Positions 37,151 through 56,355 are shown, counted from the first letter of the stretch. The stretch is 64,000 bases of DNA from the human T2T-CHM13v2.0 reference genome, Homo sapiens (GCF_009914755.1 NC_060934.1), one strand, 5' to 3'. A program made the numbers and translations. Notes: generated by a model not told the origin, from the letters alone.

Positions 37151-39219
37151 AGTAGTCAAAGCTGAGAACTTAAAGAAAAAGAAAATGTGCTCAGCTTCAT
37201 TGTATATAGATTGCATGAGAAAGAAATGCACTGTTTGGGGTTCTAGTGCTGCTTGCATTCTGTCTCTGTGTGAATAATGTTTCAGAATGCACCCATGAAG
37301 CAGTATAAAAACATCATTACTGCCCTGTTTCATTACAGTGAACATTGCTGTATACTTGCAAGCTGGTAAATATGTCAAGTTTTAGGATCGATTTCAATGT
37401 ACTGATCATATCCTGAGCAGTCAAAGAGTAATTGGGGAAGGCAAGATGGTTTTATAGCAAATGACTACAGGAACTCTTACCTGCATTTCTTCAGATTATC
37501 ATTTTACTATGCAATGTTTCATTAGCTAATTGTTATTGAGACAATGGAGGAATCGATTCCAAAACAGTCAATTACTTAGTCCAATTTTGGTAATAAAAAC
37601 ATTCTATGAATTGAAATATAGTTTACTCTGAAAGGAAATCCTACCTCCCTGGAGGCTGTTAAATGGTTTGAGGAAAATGGTTCCACCACTGGTCTTTTTG
37701 TTGCAACATCATATGTTGGAAAAAATACACTTAATTATATTGGTTCACTCTAAAAACTTTCTGGTGCAAACTGCCAGGATATTAGCAAAGAAAAACTTGC
37801 ATGCAGGAGTTAAACAGAGGGGAACCTAGGTTCCAGAGAGGAGATAGGGTACCCCTAAAGAGGGACGCAGCAGACCTGACAGCCTCGATCTTTAGACTGA
37901 ACTCAGTTGTCATTCTATTACTTCATGCAGCAAAAACTACAAATAACCAAACAGTGACTCAGAAGGGCCCCTCATATAGTTTAGGAAATGTATCTTTTGT
38001 TAGGGTGCAAAACTACTGAGGTCTTTGGAAATCCCTAAATTGTAAACTGTTGTTTTTCAATTAGTAATTTGATATTTTTAGTAGTAAAATTGCATATTCT
38101 ATTGAACAGTTACTAGATGAGCAGAATATGAATGTTCTACTTAAAGAAAAAAAAAAAGCTTTTTGATTGCTTTTGTGAAGGCCTGCAGATGAACCACTGT
38201 CATAAAACAATGTGTTCAGGAAGCCTCAATACTCTTGAAAGATGTCGTTTGCCACTGTTGTCTTTTTTTTTTTTTTTTTTTTTTTTTTGGTCATGCATTT
38301 AAGACAAATCCTCTGTCCTAGCACCACCGTCACTCACCAAGCAGCTTAGAAAGAATGTTTTCTTGGGACTTAAAAACGCTGAATGTGGCAGCTCAATTAT
38401 TTTTGCTGTCGAAAATAGTTTAAATATTTTATTTCTCTTTTAATTTGCTGTTTTCTCTAACCCCCACCACAGAGATATGTGTGCACGCGTGCCACACACA
38501 CACGCACATGTCTGAGCCCCATTTTGACACTGGCCCCGAGCTTCAGCCTGTGTTGTGTTTTACGGTCTGACTGGTTGCACAGAAAGGATCTAGGGCCACC
38601 TGTGTCCTTTATCTGCGTGTTGCATCTGAAGGTCTCCAGGGCAGTGTTTGCTCATGAGGATTGAGTCTGCAAGTGACCTGTTTGTTTGAGGAAGCAGAAG
38701 AGCTTGTCTAAGCACCGAAAACATCCCTCAAGCTGCTGCTCTCTGTCTCCATAATGGGGCCCAGCAGCAGCGCCTACCACCTAGGGGTTCTCTGGTCAGT
38801 GGTATTCTCCCGAGACGCGTTCTGTCCGGGAGCAATAATAAATACCAAGCTGTGAAACCGGCCTTTGTGAGATATTTGAATTGCTTATGACTTTAGAGCC
38901 TGGCTCTGAAAGAACAGAACAGCTTCATATCAACTGTGTTTTTGTTAACTTGATGAAATTGGAAGCAATGTAATATTCAAAGAGTTTATAGTATTATTTA
39001 TTTCTCTGCATTATACCTCTTTGAGATCATCTGTAGTCCCTTTTATACTGCTGAGTACATAGTAGATACTAAATTTAATATTGTTGGAGCTTAACTTTTG
39101 CAAAGAGTAAAAATGTTTTGTTCTATATTACAAAGAGTATGGCTGCCTACCACTTTTTCAAATTATTTAAAAATAAAGGATGCAAAATAGTATATTCTTT
39201 TTAATTTTTATTTAATTAA

Positions 39220-39892
<673 letters not shown>

Positions 39893-40500
39893 ATATTGAA
39901 CACGACGCAGCTTTTCTTCAATTCAGGAGAATTTCACACAAGAGTAATTGTTATGAAAATTCATATTTTTTTTGTCCAGCTATGAACATAAGGAAAGTGT
40001 AGGAGGTAGAGTTGAATCTGCAGAGACCTTCTTAACATCATGGCTGTAAATTTATTTCTAGACAAAGTTTTAGTGGATGGGCATGATAAACATAAGGGAC
40101 GTTTATCATAGAAAATATTAAAAGTGTGGTCATATGAAAAAATGTACAGTTGTTCTATATACTCAAGTTACATTAAATAAACAAACAGAAGCAAAATAGC
40201 AAGACTCTTGTGGTTTCCTGTCCTGTCTTTTTGTTTCCCATAAAAATCATGGGGCTTAGATTATTTAATTTTATACTTAAATGAATTCCGGATAAATGTA
40301 AAATAATAATTTATATTTATGTATTTAACATAGAGAACATCAGAGCTCTTAGTTTGTAAGCAACAGAAACTGACCCTGGCTTAGAAAAGGCATTTGTTAG
40401 AAGAATACTGAGGAGCTCACAGAATCAAAGGAAAGACTGGAGGACCAGCATGGAACTGGACAGAAACAAGAGCAACTCTTAGGAAAAAAAAGGGAAATTA

Positions 40501-41068
<568 letters not shown>

Positions 41069-41409
41069 CTAAACTCCACTACATATGGACTTTTTAGTTT
41101 TCAACTGGCAGGCTCTTCTTTTACAAGTTCCCTTATACTGAGAGGAAACAAGTTTGCATTGAAGCCTTGTTTGTTGAAGGAAATGCTGTTTGGGGAGTTG
41201 TCTAAAGATAACTGGGTAAGTGAATCTGTGCTAGTAGCCTCTGTGATGAGAGGTGAAGCTCAGCCCCAAATCTAAATTCTCTGGTCTGTGGCAGTAGCAC
41301 TTTGGCGGCCAAAGCTATTGTTCACCAACGTGGTGCAGTTGCACAAGCGTGGCTTCAGAATGAGTACGTGGTAGGCATCCACCACCTAGGAGCTGCAGTA
41401 CTTATCTTG

Positions 41410-41706
41410 CTTTTGTTTTTAGAGACATGGCCTTGTTCTGTCTCCTAGGCTGGAGTGCAGTGGTGTGATCATGGCTCACTGCAGGCTTGACCTCCTGAGC
41501 TCAAATGATCCTCCCACCTCAGCCTCCCAAATAGCTAGTACTGCAGGTACACACCCCATGCCTGGCTAATTTTTCTATTTATTTTTTGTGGAGATGGGAT
41601 CTCACTATGTTTCCCAGGATGGTCTCAAAACTCCTGGCCTCAAGCAGTCCTCTCGCTGTGGCCTCCCAAAGCAGAGGGATTATGGGCATGAGCCACCGCG
41701 CCTGGC
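41410..41706 (-). mobile_element. AluJ-type SINE
   Basis: Diverged reverse-complement Alu. Confidence 0.9.
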
Positions 41707-42236
41707 AAGGACTTATGTTTAAAATGAGGACCATATTTGGAATTAAGGCCTCATAGGGTTGTTGTAGAAAACCCTGTGTGCAGAACCACCCAACTAAAGT
41801 TAGCTCAAAGGGAAGCTGGTGGGACGACGGGTCATACGCTCTTCACTACCATGAGGACTGAGACAGGTGGTGAAGAAAAAGACCATGGGCTTTAGAGCAG
41901 ATAAGGTTGGTTTCCAATCTTGATTTTGTACCAACAAAATGTGTGACCCTGAGCGATGCACTTAGCCTCTTGGAGGTGGATTCCTCACTTGCAAAACCGA
42001 GATAACACCAGCCTTGGAGGCTTGTTGGGAAGAGTGCAAGTTGGTAGATTGTTTAGCTATGTCTGGAATTTAGTGGGGATCTAAGAGGGAATCTCTTGCC
42101 TTAGAACACTGTAGGTGTTCTACCGTCACGTAGCCCTTACAAATGGAAAAGTAGAATGGGGTAAAGAATTCCAGGCATTTACTTTGTCACCCCCTAGGCC
42201 CGGGAAGATGTATCAATTAGCGACAAGACCAGTCTA

Positions 42237-42275
42237 GAGCCATCTGCTGGAGCAGCTGTAGCGCCCTCGCAGAAT
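42237..42275 (-). promoter_or_regulatory. Candidate CTCF site in a CpG-containing unique segment
   Basis: Minus strand CCAGCAGATGGC (42239-42250) fits the CTCF core CCASYAGRKGGC. Confidence 0.4.
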
Positions 42276-42767
42276 CCTGCCCCTGGGATGACTTCCTCCG
42301 CCGTAGGTATTCATTCAGATGCTTTATGATGACAAAACTGACGGAGCTGGGTCACTAACCAGACCCCCTCCCATTGTTGACATCATTGACAGGGTGGCTT
42401 GCTTTTTCCTCTTCCTCCTCCTTCTCTGCTTTCTCCTACCACAATGACTTTAATTTAAGGTGCCATGGGGGAGAAACATAACCTTATATCTGTGTGTCAT
42501 GTTTTCAGTTCTATTTTCTATTCTATTTCACAGATACATTTCTGGCTCCAGTAGCAGTTGTAATACACAAAGAGGAAAATGTTTGTGTGGGTCCCTGAAC
42601 TTTGCACAGACATGCAAGTGAATCCACTCAGGCTAGAAACATTTCTGTGACTTTTTTGCAATAATGTTGTTGGCTAAATCTTTTCAATTTCTGGCTACAT
42701 TCTTACTCTCTTTACAGTTGAGAAGACTTGCAAGGGTGAGGTGAGCAGGGAGAATGACTGCTTTCAT

Positions 42768-42930
42768 TAAGGAAGGAAGACAGGAGAGAAGGTAGAAAGG
42801 GAGGGAGGAAGGAAGGAAGGAACAAAGGAAAGAAGGAAAGAAGGAAGGGAGGGAGGTAGGGAGGGAGGGAAGAGAAAGAGGGAGGGAGGGAGGGAGGAGA
42901 AGGAGGATGAAGAAGGGAAGAAGGACAAAA
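42768..42930. repeat. GA-rich polypurine tract ((GGAA)n/(GGGA)n-like)
   Basis: ~160 bp almost entirely A/G. Confidence 0.9.
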
Positions 42931-43744
42931 AAGATATTTTAAGGAACACACCAGGTTCAAGTTTCCCAGATCAAAATTCATATTCAGAGGACATAGTGTT
43001 TGGTTAACTCCGATCTATACAAATACAAAGGTAATCCTGCATTTGAACAGAAGCCTCACTTTATAGGAAATCACCTCTACCATTTGGCTCCCACCCAGCT
43101 TTCTCTGTCTCTCAAATACATGTTTTCTCTCTTTTGGACTAGAATGGAGATGCTATATCCTCTAGAGTGAGATTTCTTAGAAAGAAGAGTTTTAAAACTT
43201 GGCAGACGTTCATGTAAAAGCAAAGAGCTCTATTTGGGGCAAAGCTATTGAGTGAAAAGATAATGGAACTTGGGAAATCTGGTTGCGCTTAGTATCTGCG
43301 ATTCATTCACAGCCAGAAGAGCAGAGGGTTTTTTTCTTTAAATAAAAACAAAACAGTAATTTGCTAAAATGATAGTGTTTCTCCCTGTGTGCTTCAGTCG
43401 GCAAAGCATCCCACATGGCTCTCTGGGGTCTGTTGGGACATTTTTGCTTCCAGTTACCCTCTGAGTGTCTCACTGCTAAGATTTCTCTTCCCCTACTTTG
43501 TCAGAAAGCAGAATAGTTCCTGGGAAAAAGATCTAGCAGCTTAGTTTATTCCTTTTATTGGGTGACTCCGGCAACAAACTGATAATTTAACTCATTTAGA
43601 AAATATGTTATGATGAACATTCCCCACCACCCAGCCCCAATCTTTGTTTGGTCTTAATAATAGCTAAGATTTATTAAACACACTGAGTGTCCATTTTGTT
43701 CCAGGCACTGGTCTAAGTGCTTTCCATGTGTTAAGTCATGTTAG

Positions 43745-44128
<384 letters not shown>

Positions 44129-44531
44129 TAGTTGATGCTCCACGCATATTTGTTAATGGATAAAAATTCCTCATGACAGCCCGGTGAGGAAGGTAGCTTA
44201 TAGATAAGGAAACTGGGAGCTCAAGAAGTAAAGTGACTGTCCCCAAGGTCACATGGCCAGGAAGTAGGGAAGCTGGTACAGGGCAGACCTAGCTGTCGGC
44301 TACAGAGCCTGTGATCTCCGCCACACTGAGCCATGGTCTTGCTTCCCCTGCATTGCTCCAGTAACCCAGTGCTCCAGAAAGACTGGTCCCTACGGTCCTG
44401 GGATATTCCTGCACTGAGCTTCACTTGTATCCCCCACAATCCATCACTACCACACCACCATTGCTTTCTCTGCTCTCTCCTGCTGGCAAGAGAGAGAAGA
44501 ATCCCATTCTGTTTTCATGCTCAACGGAAGC

Positions 44532-44917
44532 TGTATTAGTCTGTTTTCACACTGCTACAAAGAACTGCCTGAGGCTGAGTAATTTATGAAGAAAAGAGGT
44601 TTAATTGACTCACAGTTCCACAGGCTGTTCAGGAAGCATGACCGGCAGGCCTCAGGAAACTTAAAATCATGTTGGAAAGCAAAGAGGAAGCAAGTACATC
44701 TTTTCATGGCAGAGCAGTAGAGACAGAGTGAAGGGGGAAGTGCCACACACCTTTAAACCATCAGAATTTCTGAGAACTCACTATTACTTGAGCAGCAAGG
44801 GGGAAATCCACCCCCATGAACCAATCACCTCCCGCCTAGGCCCTTCCTCCAATTTGATATGTGGGGATTACACTTTGATCTGAGATTCGGGTGGGGATGC
44901 AGAGCCAAACCATATCA
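44532..44917 (-). mobile_element. MSTA/THE1-type MaLR solo LTR
   Basis: tgtattagtctgttttcacactgct...agccaaaccatatca; 5-bp TSD gaagc/gaacc. Confidence 0.9.
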
Positions 44918-45366
44918 GAACCCCACTTTTCCCCAAGCCCAGGCTGCCTTAGGGGTCAGGGATCTCTCCTTGCTTACTACGTGTGCTGGTACCACTCCTT
45001 CAACACTTACACATCAAGTCTTGGTTATCTTTTAGATTGATGAAGACTTTGTCTCTCTGGTTAGATCATAAGCTCCTAAGGGACAATGACAATCTTGGAT
45101 GCCTAATATCGGTTCTTAATCAAACATAATTGTCCAGTAGGGAAAGAGAGGTGTGGCCAGTCACCATCCTCTCCCTCAATTTCTCATCCCCACTATGTGC
45201 CATTTTCTTTTTCATGCTAATGAAAGATCACATCTAAGGAGGCTGGGGATTAAAGAAAAGCCAAATAAAATTCCCATAAGATTTAGTATAAGAGAGGTCA
45301 TTTAGCACAGTGGTCAAGAGTGTGCACGCTGCTGTTAATTCATTCAAGTTGGAATCCCAGAGACAC

Positions 45367-45747
45367 TGTATTCATTATCTATTGCTGTGTAATAAATTGC
45401 CCAGAACTTAGTGCCATAAGGTAACATTAAACATTATCAAATGCTGTTTTTCCTGGTCTCTCCTGAAGCTGCAGTCAAGATGTTGTTCAGGGCTGTGGTC
45501 CTCTCAAAGCCCAACTGGTGCTGGAGGATCAGCTTCCAAGGTGGTGCACTCACATGGTGGGCAGGTGGGGCTGGCTGTTAATAAGACACCTCCATTTCCA
45601 TGCCATGTGGAGCTTTCCACATCACTTCTGCCACATTCTATTGGTCACATGAACCAAACCTGATGCAGGGTGTGATGGGACAATACAAGGACGTAGACAC
45701 GAGGATGTAAAGATGATCGAAGACCCTTTTGGAGGCTGGCTACCACA
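45367..45747 (-). mobile_element. MLT1-type MaLR LTR inserted in a MIR
   Basis: tgtattcattatctattgctgtgtaataaattg...atcacttctgccacattctattggtc...ctaccaca; MIR-like sequence on both sides. Confidence 0.75.
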
Positions 45748-46321
45748 TCTATCATTTATAGCTGTGTTAGCTTGGATCATTTCCTCAATGACTTGAAGTC
45801 CAGTTTCCTCATCTCTAAGATATGGATAATCATTGCAATAGATTATTGCAAGAGTTAAATGAATTAATACAGGTGACATGCTTAGATTACTATGCAAAGG
45901 TTAACTGTTTATTAGAAAGTGCAAACTGATGTCAGAGTAGGAGAGAAGAAGGAGTGGGTGATGGTATGCATCAGAAATTTTACTGTTCTGATCAGGAGAG
46001 TTGTGTGAGTCTGACTCAAATCTGGATTTCTTTGCCTGCTGGTTGCTGGGCAAGTGTTGAGGCGGCTCAATTTCCACATCACCTTTGAGGTTGTCATCAC
46101 TCCATTTCATGCATATTGCACATCTTGTGATCCGAATACAGTCTCTGTGCCACTTAGACACAGGACAATGATTGTGGTAATCATTGCAGAATTCATGTTT
46201 TAGGGGGAAATGCACAGAACGTAAATTACTCCTTGCTGATTTGTTGCTCACCCAGAAAACCAGTGGTTAACCCCATTCAGATCTGATTCCTCCTTTGCAG
46301 AAACCTAAACATAAAGAAACA

Positions 46322-46322
<1 letters not shown>

Positions 46323-46367
<45 letters not shown>

Positions 46368-46378
46368 TTCTCTCTCTT
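46323..46378. repeat. (CA)n microsatellite followed by short (CT)n
   Basis: About 20 CA units. Confidence 0.95.
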
Positions 46379-47409
46379 CAAGGGAGCCTCGCTTTTGCAA
46401 TAGATATGTTGCTGAAATGCTGTGTGTTCCCCCAATTTTTGCAAGCCAAGTGATATATTTTGCTTAGACTTTACATTCTCATCTTAGAGATGATTTACCC
46501 TGATTTATTTTCAAATTGCAATGGATCTTAACATTTTTGGCTAAAAGTTACTTTCTTTGTTTCTTTTTTCTCCTCTACTTCCCCTACCCCATTTTTGTTG
46601 TTGTTGTTAAGAATTTAAAGGTCTAAAAACACTTAAAGCCATTAGGAAGTTACCATAAGGAGAAGAATCCTTTTCCATATTATTAATTCATGGCTCTGCT
46701 GGGGCTCTGTGGTCCAGCATGTGTTTAGAGGACAATGTTCTGGAGTCAGGCGTCTGAAGCAAGGACCTCTGACTTAGGCACCCAGTGAAGTTTATGATGC
46801 AGAATAGAAATGTGACTTTTCATCTGCTTTGATTACTTTATCTGAAAAGTTTCTAGGCCTGGACTTATGCAAGAATTTTTTTAAAAAAGGAAATTCTCAG
46901 ACACACACACACACCCAGGCTATATTATAGGAACAAACATTGGAAGAGTGTCAAAGGGAAAGAGACAGGGAGGAAGTAGCAATGTTAAATTGAAACTTGA
47001 GTCCTAATTCACCATTTCATGCCTTGGCAATGCAGTTGATACAATAGTAATACATCAGGGGCCCTTCCAACTCTGGGTGGGAAAGCTACAAATTATGGGT
47101 TAGCTCCTTTTCCTTTGTACCCAGAATGAAAAACTGGCCTCAGTTTAAAGGCAATTGGCACAGTAAGTGAACCAAAGACATTTTAGCTTGGACCAGTGTG
47201 TACATATAGAAATAGGATTTTTTTTTCCAGTGAATTTTATGAGCATTCTTAACATACTTAAGGAAGCAATATTCAAAGACGAGAATATCTATGTAAGTTC
47301 TTATTTCAAATGGAAAAGAACATGAGGACATCAAACATAGGGTTCCTTTTCATAGGTTGTATTTTGGAGTTCAATTTCTATCCAATTGCTGCCAAATGAA
47401 AGAGCTGTG

Positions 47410-47558
47410 TTTTTCGTTGGTTTGTTTTGTTTTTTGTTTTGTTTTTAATACAGGTTCTCACTCTGTCACCCAGGCTGGAGTGCAGTGGGGCGATCATCAC
47501 TCATTGCAGCCTCGAACTCCTGGGCTCAGGTGATCCTCCCACTTTGGCCTCCCAAAGC
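47410..47558 (-). mobile_element. Partial AluJ/monomer
   Basis: Reverse-complement Alu fragment. Confidence 0.8.
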
Positions 47559-47722
47559 AATGGAGAAAGAGCTACTTTGAATAATCATGTTGCAAGGAGA
47601 TGTAGACTTTAAAAATCACTTACATAGGGACTCTACTGCTGTAAGACCCTTTGAATATTGCTCATCAGTTGCCTGAGGACAGCTTTAAACTCTAATTCTG
47701 GATGTTTTCCCTCCAATGACCC

Positions 47723-48185
47723 TGAGGCAGGTTAAAGATGGCTGAAAATTCCTTGACACTTTTCATGAGTGGTGGAGTCTCTGTTCACTTTTCTTGTGAC
47801 TTCTTTGACAAATAGAACACTGGAGAAGTGACACCATGCCAGTTTTCAGACGCGGGTTTTGAAAGGCCTGGCAATTTCCACTTTGTTTCTCGCAGCCCTG
47901 AGCAGCCATAGAAGAAGCTCAACTATTGCTGGAGAGACCACGTAGAGAGGCCTGGACACTATGTGGGGAAGGAGACCGGTCCAGCCGAGCCAGCCTTCCT
48001 GGCTCCCCTGCTGAGATACCAGTCACATGCATGAAGCCATCTTATACCCTCCAGGTCAACCCACTGACAGCTAAAGACCACCTAGTATCCTCCGTCAATG
48101 CCACCTGCGACAGAAGAAGTGTCTAGCCCAGGCCTGATGAATTTCTGACTCACAGAATATGAGAATAAATACAATTATTTTTGTT
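47723..48185 (+). mobile_element. MLT1H-like MaLR LTR
   Basis: ggttaaagatggc...ccttgacact...ggagagaccacgtagagagg...gactcacagaatatgagaataaa. Confidence 0.65.
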
Positions 48186-49646
48186 GAGAAACAGGTCTGT
48201 GATAAGAACCTTTGAACTATGAAAAAAAAGAAAGTTTTTTTCTATTTTAGGAACTCCTTTTTAAGACACATGACTCATTTATAAGCCACCTGCAGATTAC
48301 AATCTATAGCACAAATTCCAGGCAGCATTGGGGCATCTAGATTTGATTAGACAGACAAAAATTTCTGATATTAAATTCTTATCTGGTTTTGAAAACTTTC
48401 TCATAGATGCCTTGAGAACAGATACGATTCATTTTTACTGAACTTTGCTGGACTGATCTTAATCGCATTCCCTATCAGAAAGTGCAGTAGATTAGAACAA
48501 GTCATCATTTTCAATAGGCTATTTCAGGAGCAATATATTAAATTTGTAGAAACCTCATTCCAGAACATCAAGGCAATTTTACCGAGGAAATGTAAGAACT
48601 AAGCTCTTCTACCTCTGCAAGAACTTAAAGGTATTGAATGGCTGCAGTTACAAATTGATTTGATATACATCATACTTGGAGATATAACCCTTCTGTCTAA
48701 AATAAATCAATAATTTTGCTCAGTCTTTGCTTTGTGCCTAGTGTGCTCTCTATAGAAAGACAAACTCCTGTTTGATTATCAAAGTTGGTCTGGCAATGGA
48801 ATGTTCTGTTTACTCAAATATTTTACTTAATTGAGAATTCCTATCCATACCACACAGCGCTGACCAATTTCAGAGAACTACAAGTAAGTGAAATACCGTA
48901 TAATTTCCATTGAAAATGACTTTTCTCTTACCTAATGATTCAGAAGGCCCTTGCATTTCCAGTGCCCAAGGGCACCGTTAGAAACCTGGAACTGTAGACG
49001 CAGGAAGCCCCCAAAACTGGGACATTTGCGTTAAGTCTGTTTCAATTCCAGAGTTGTCGTGTAGAAGTCATCCCTCATAGCAAGTTGTTCATTTATCATT
49101 TTTCTTTGATTTTCATACAAGTAGATCTTGGAAAGAAATCCATCTGCAATATTTTGTGTTCTAATTTGGTGTAAATGGAGTATGTCCTATCCATAAATAA
49201 GTACCTATTGCCTGGAAATAATATTTTCTGCTGAGCTCCTGGAAGTGGTGGGATGCATTCTCACAAGATCCTTGCATGAACAGTGAAAAAACTCCTTGGC
49301 AGGAGCTCAATTGCTCCTAGGGAAGTAAACCTGAAACCCAAAGCACGAAGTGAAAGTGAGTGCTCAGTGGGTGAAATGGACCCTCACTGATGTCACCAGT
49401 TCCTTGTGATTTCATCAGCGGCTTCAAAGATCAGCTCTCACAATGGTCTCTACCCTCAGGTAGCAGGTACGATCTAATCAATGAGTTATCTGCTTGTGTG
49501 TCGCTGCCTTCCCTTCATTTTCACATGTGGAAAGGGAAGTGAGGGTGTAAAGGAGGACGGAGCTGGGCTTGGACTCCTGAAGGACACAGCCTCTGAGGCC
49601 AGGTGAAACCCTGTAAGCAAAACCACAGAGGCAAAGTCTGATTTGA

Positions 49647-49880
<234 letters not shown>

Positions 49881-49889
49881 ACCACCTAA

Positions 49890-50733
<844 letters not shown>

Positions 50734-51166
50734 TCAGCATGAGATGCCATGGGGTGAACTACTGTGTTCAACAAGAAGGGGATGGATCTGTTTCCCTCCA
50801 GTCCTGCACAGAGATAGCAATAAGGCTGTTTCTCTGATGGCCTGGGCCACAGTGTGAGAGGAACCGGCAGAAGGAGTCTCATAACAACATAAGCAGCCTC
50901 CACGGGCCAGCCCTAGGCAGGCCATTTCCCCAAATGTGTCTCTGTGTTCATACACGCAAACTTCACGGCCAGTACCAGGCGACCAGGATGGTCAGCGTTT
51001 GGGTTTCTTTACTGAAGCTTTGGAGACGTAGCGTTCATTGTCGGCAGTAACTAAACCCAAATTTCTAAGCAACCTGGGCCTTCCACTTGCAAACTAGCTT
51101 TGAAGAGCATGGAATCTTGATATCAGTTCCTTTTCATGGATATGTATTTTACATAGAAAAAATTGT

Positions 51167-51469
51167 GGCCAGGCATGGTGGCTCATGCCTGTAATCAAAG
51201 CAATTTGGGAGGCTGAGGTGGGCAGATCACTTGAGGCCAGGAGTTTGAGACCAGCCTGGCCAACATGGTGAAACCCTGTTTTTACTAAAAATACAAAAAT
51301 TAGCTGGGCGAGGTGGTGCACGCCTGTAATCCCAGCTACTTGGGAGGCTGAGGTATAAGAATTGCCAGTGAACTGAGACGGCACTACTGCACTCCAGCCT
51401 GGGTGACAGAGTGAGATTCTGTCTCAAAAAAAAAAAAAAAGAAAGAAAGAAAGAAAGAAAAAGAAAAAA
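51167..51469 (+). mobile_element. AluS-type SINE with a small right-arm deletion
   Basis: TSD agaaaaattgt; (GAAA)n tail. Confidence 0.92.
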
Positions 51470-51789
51470 TTGTAATAATTATGCAGCCAGAACAATCTCC
51501 TCATGTCTTTCAAGCATCTGCAAACATGAAGCATGGTGAATGTACAAATGGTACTTGGTTTGCTGAATCATGAGTGTCAGTTGCCTGTGATGAACCCACA
51601 AACAACTCTGGAAAGGGGAAGTAAATCTATACAGGTAATAGGTAAATGTCATATTATTATTTATGTCTACCAATTGATTGATTTAATTAGTTAAGTGAGT
51701 GCTTTATATCTAAAGACATTGGATTTTCCCATTCTCAACTTTCTGAATATGAGAAGTCTTTTGAGTTGCCAGGCACACATTTTCTTTTG

Positions 51790-54110
<2,321 letters not shown>

Positions 54111-56355
54111 CATCACTTATTTTTGAAGGGCAAACCGGTCGTAAAAGAATAACAGGAGGAGGAGGAAATTGTCAAAAGTGCACTAGTTCTACAAATGTTT
54201 ATTACTTGCCATATCAGGCACTTTTTATAGCACTGAACAAAATGATACTTTCAGCGACCTTTTTCCATCTGCTAACTTGAGAGCAAGCGGCCTTAAAGGC
54301 TATATCCCCCGATTTCCTTAATCTCCAACTCGTCTCTGTCCCACATTATGTATTGTAGGAAAGCTCTAATATAAGCTACTACTTTTCCAACATTTCCTGT
54401 ACTGAGCATTTTCCTTTTTCTCTCCTTTTCTGCAGTGTATTCTAAGGACTTGATATCAATTTTATTTCACCTTTCAAAAAAATGGTTTGAGAAAAGAAAT
54501 GCTAAGAAGTTAAAAATGTATCCCTCAAATTTCCTTTTGCATAGAGAGCTACCCCTTGCTCTGTGGTCCAAAATTGAGATATTTATGTATTTAGTATTTA
54601 CCAGGCATGGTCCTAAGAATTTTGTATATATTCATTCTCTTAATATTTATCTTCACAGCATTAATAAGTAGTATGCTTGTTCCCATTTTGTAGATGAGAA
54701 AACTCAAGCACATAGCACTTAAGTAACTTGGAGAGGGCTACACAGCTAGCGAAAGGCAGAGCATCATGCTGCATCTCTGGATGAAGAGACGTGGGTTTCC
54801 GTCTTTCATCCTAGTCCCTACAGGGCCGCCATCTTCAAATCTACCCTTTAAACAGACACAACCTCAAACCCTCCTCCATCAGAATAAAATCCTCAGGAAA
54901 TTTTACAAATTCATTCTGCCACTTTCCCTTTGGGCTGCAGGCCTGGGCTGCTGCTCTCCCCGTAAAGGGACCTCATCCCTCTGTGCTCTGGTAGCCGTGC
55001 TTTCCCATGCTGGACCCACCGTATGCCTTTGGGTGCAAGATAATGTGACCGAGGCCTGAAGGCGGAACACAGGCAGACAGGGACTCTTAGTTTTATCAGC
55101 TTCTTGGATGATCCTTTGGGAAATGAAGTTTATAAGCCATGTGTGAACCTCAGTTTCTGGTTCATCTGACTTTGAGACACTTCCCATCTGTTTTGTGTTT
55201 AAAATGGGCTTTTCGTTTGTGGAGGAGCTTCACATGAGGGATTATGTTAATGCTTGACATGAAAACATTGCCAAAGGTAAGATCACTCAGATGGGATTCC
55301 TTGGAGAATCTATTGAAGTTTGTTGCCTAATCCATAATCTGTTTCCCTAGTGCATAGGCATAATCTTGCCTAGTCCTGCTCCTGGCTCAGGGTCTCCTAG
55401 AACTAAAGAAGAAGATTGGCAGGGGTACGGGTATGGTAGGGGAGAGGGAGGGAAGTGGTGGCAAAGTAGAGAAAGGGGATGTGGAGACAGGGAGGCAAGG
55501 TAAGGAGAAGAGAATGGTTAAAGGGGAAAGTGTCTCAATGGATCTTGATGCGTCTCCTTGCTTGTGGGGTGTTGGGAAACTTGGACTGTCTACACTGTTC
55601 TCAGGCAACAGCCTCAGTTTGATTGATTTTTTTGTTCAATTGCCTCAGCACCACAGAGGGCTCTGCCATGAAGCAGATCAGCTTCACCACTTCTGTGGAA
55701 GGAATGAGGCACATTTTTGTTCCTTGCATTTCTCCTCCAATCTCTTTGGCTCCCATCCCAACAAAGGTTTTGAAAGATAGAAATTCCTATGTGTGAAGTC
55801 AGGGAAACAAAACATGCATAAAATGCTTCAGAGATGCCACATTCATCACTGTTATTAGAGAGCATCTGTAAGCTGGAAGCCTTGAAAAGAGTACTTGAAG
55901 GCCAATCCATTACTATTCAAAGAAAAGTATCTTTAATGCAGAGATCTTTGTGCAGAATACCAGGCACCAGCTGGGCTCCATCTCCACCAGAGAACACACG
56001 ACAAGAGGCAGTGGGGTCAAAAGGCAACATGAAGAATTTGTGTTAAGCATAATATGAATAGACAGTAAAAGTAAAGTCCATTTATGGGTGAAAGAATGTG
56101 ACAAGTCACCCAGAGCCCAGGGCCTGGAGCCCAAATTTTTTAAAAAGGTTTATCCTGAATATACCTCTGTGGCTCTAGAAATGACCGAAATGTCATTTTA
56201 GTTCAATGAATAGTGATTGCTCTACCCCTTCTGACAATCTGGACCCCTGGGCAGTTATTCCACTCAGCCCTAGAGCCCTGGTCACCACAACTGTCTCTCA
56301 AGGAAGGTGCAAGAGAAAGCACAAGAGCAGGGTGTTGGTGGTAGTGGTAATGACA

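Noticed and set aside
55600-55720. Minus-strand acceptor-like site followed by a short open frame
   Set aside because: No donor or recognisable peptide; consistent with chance
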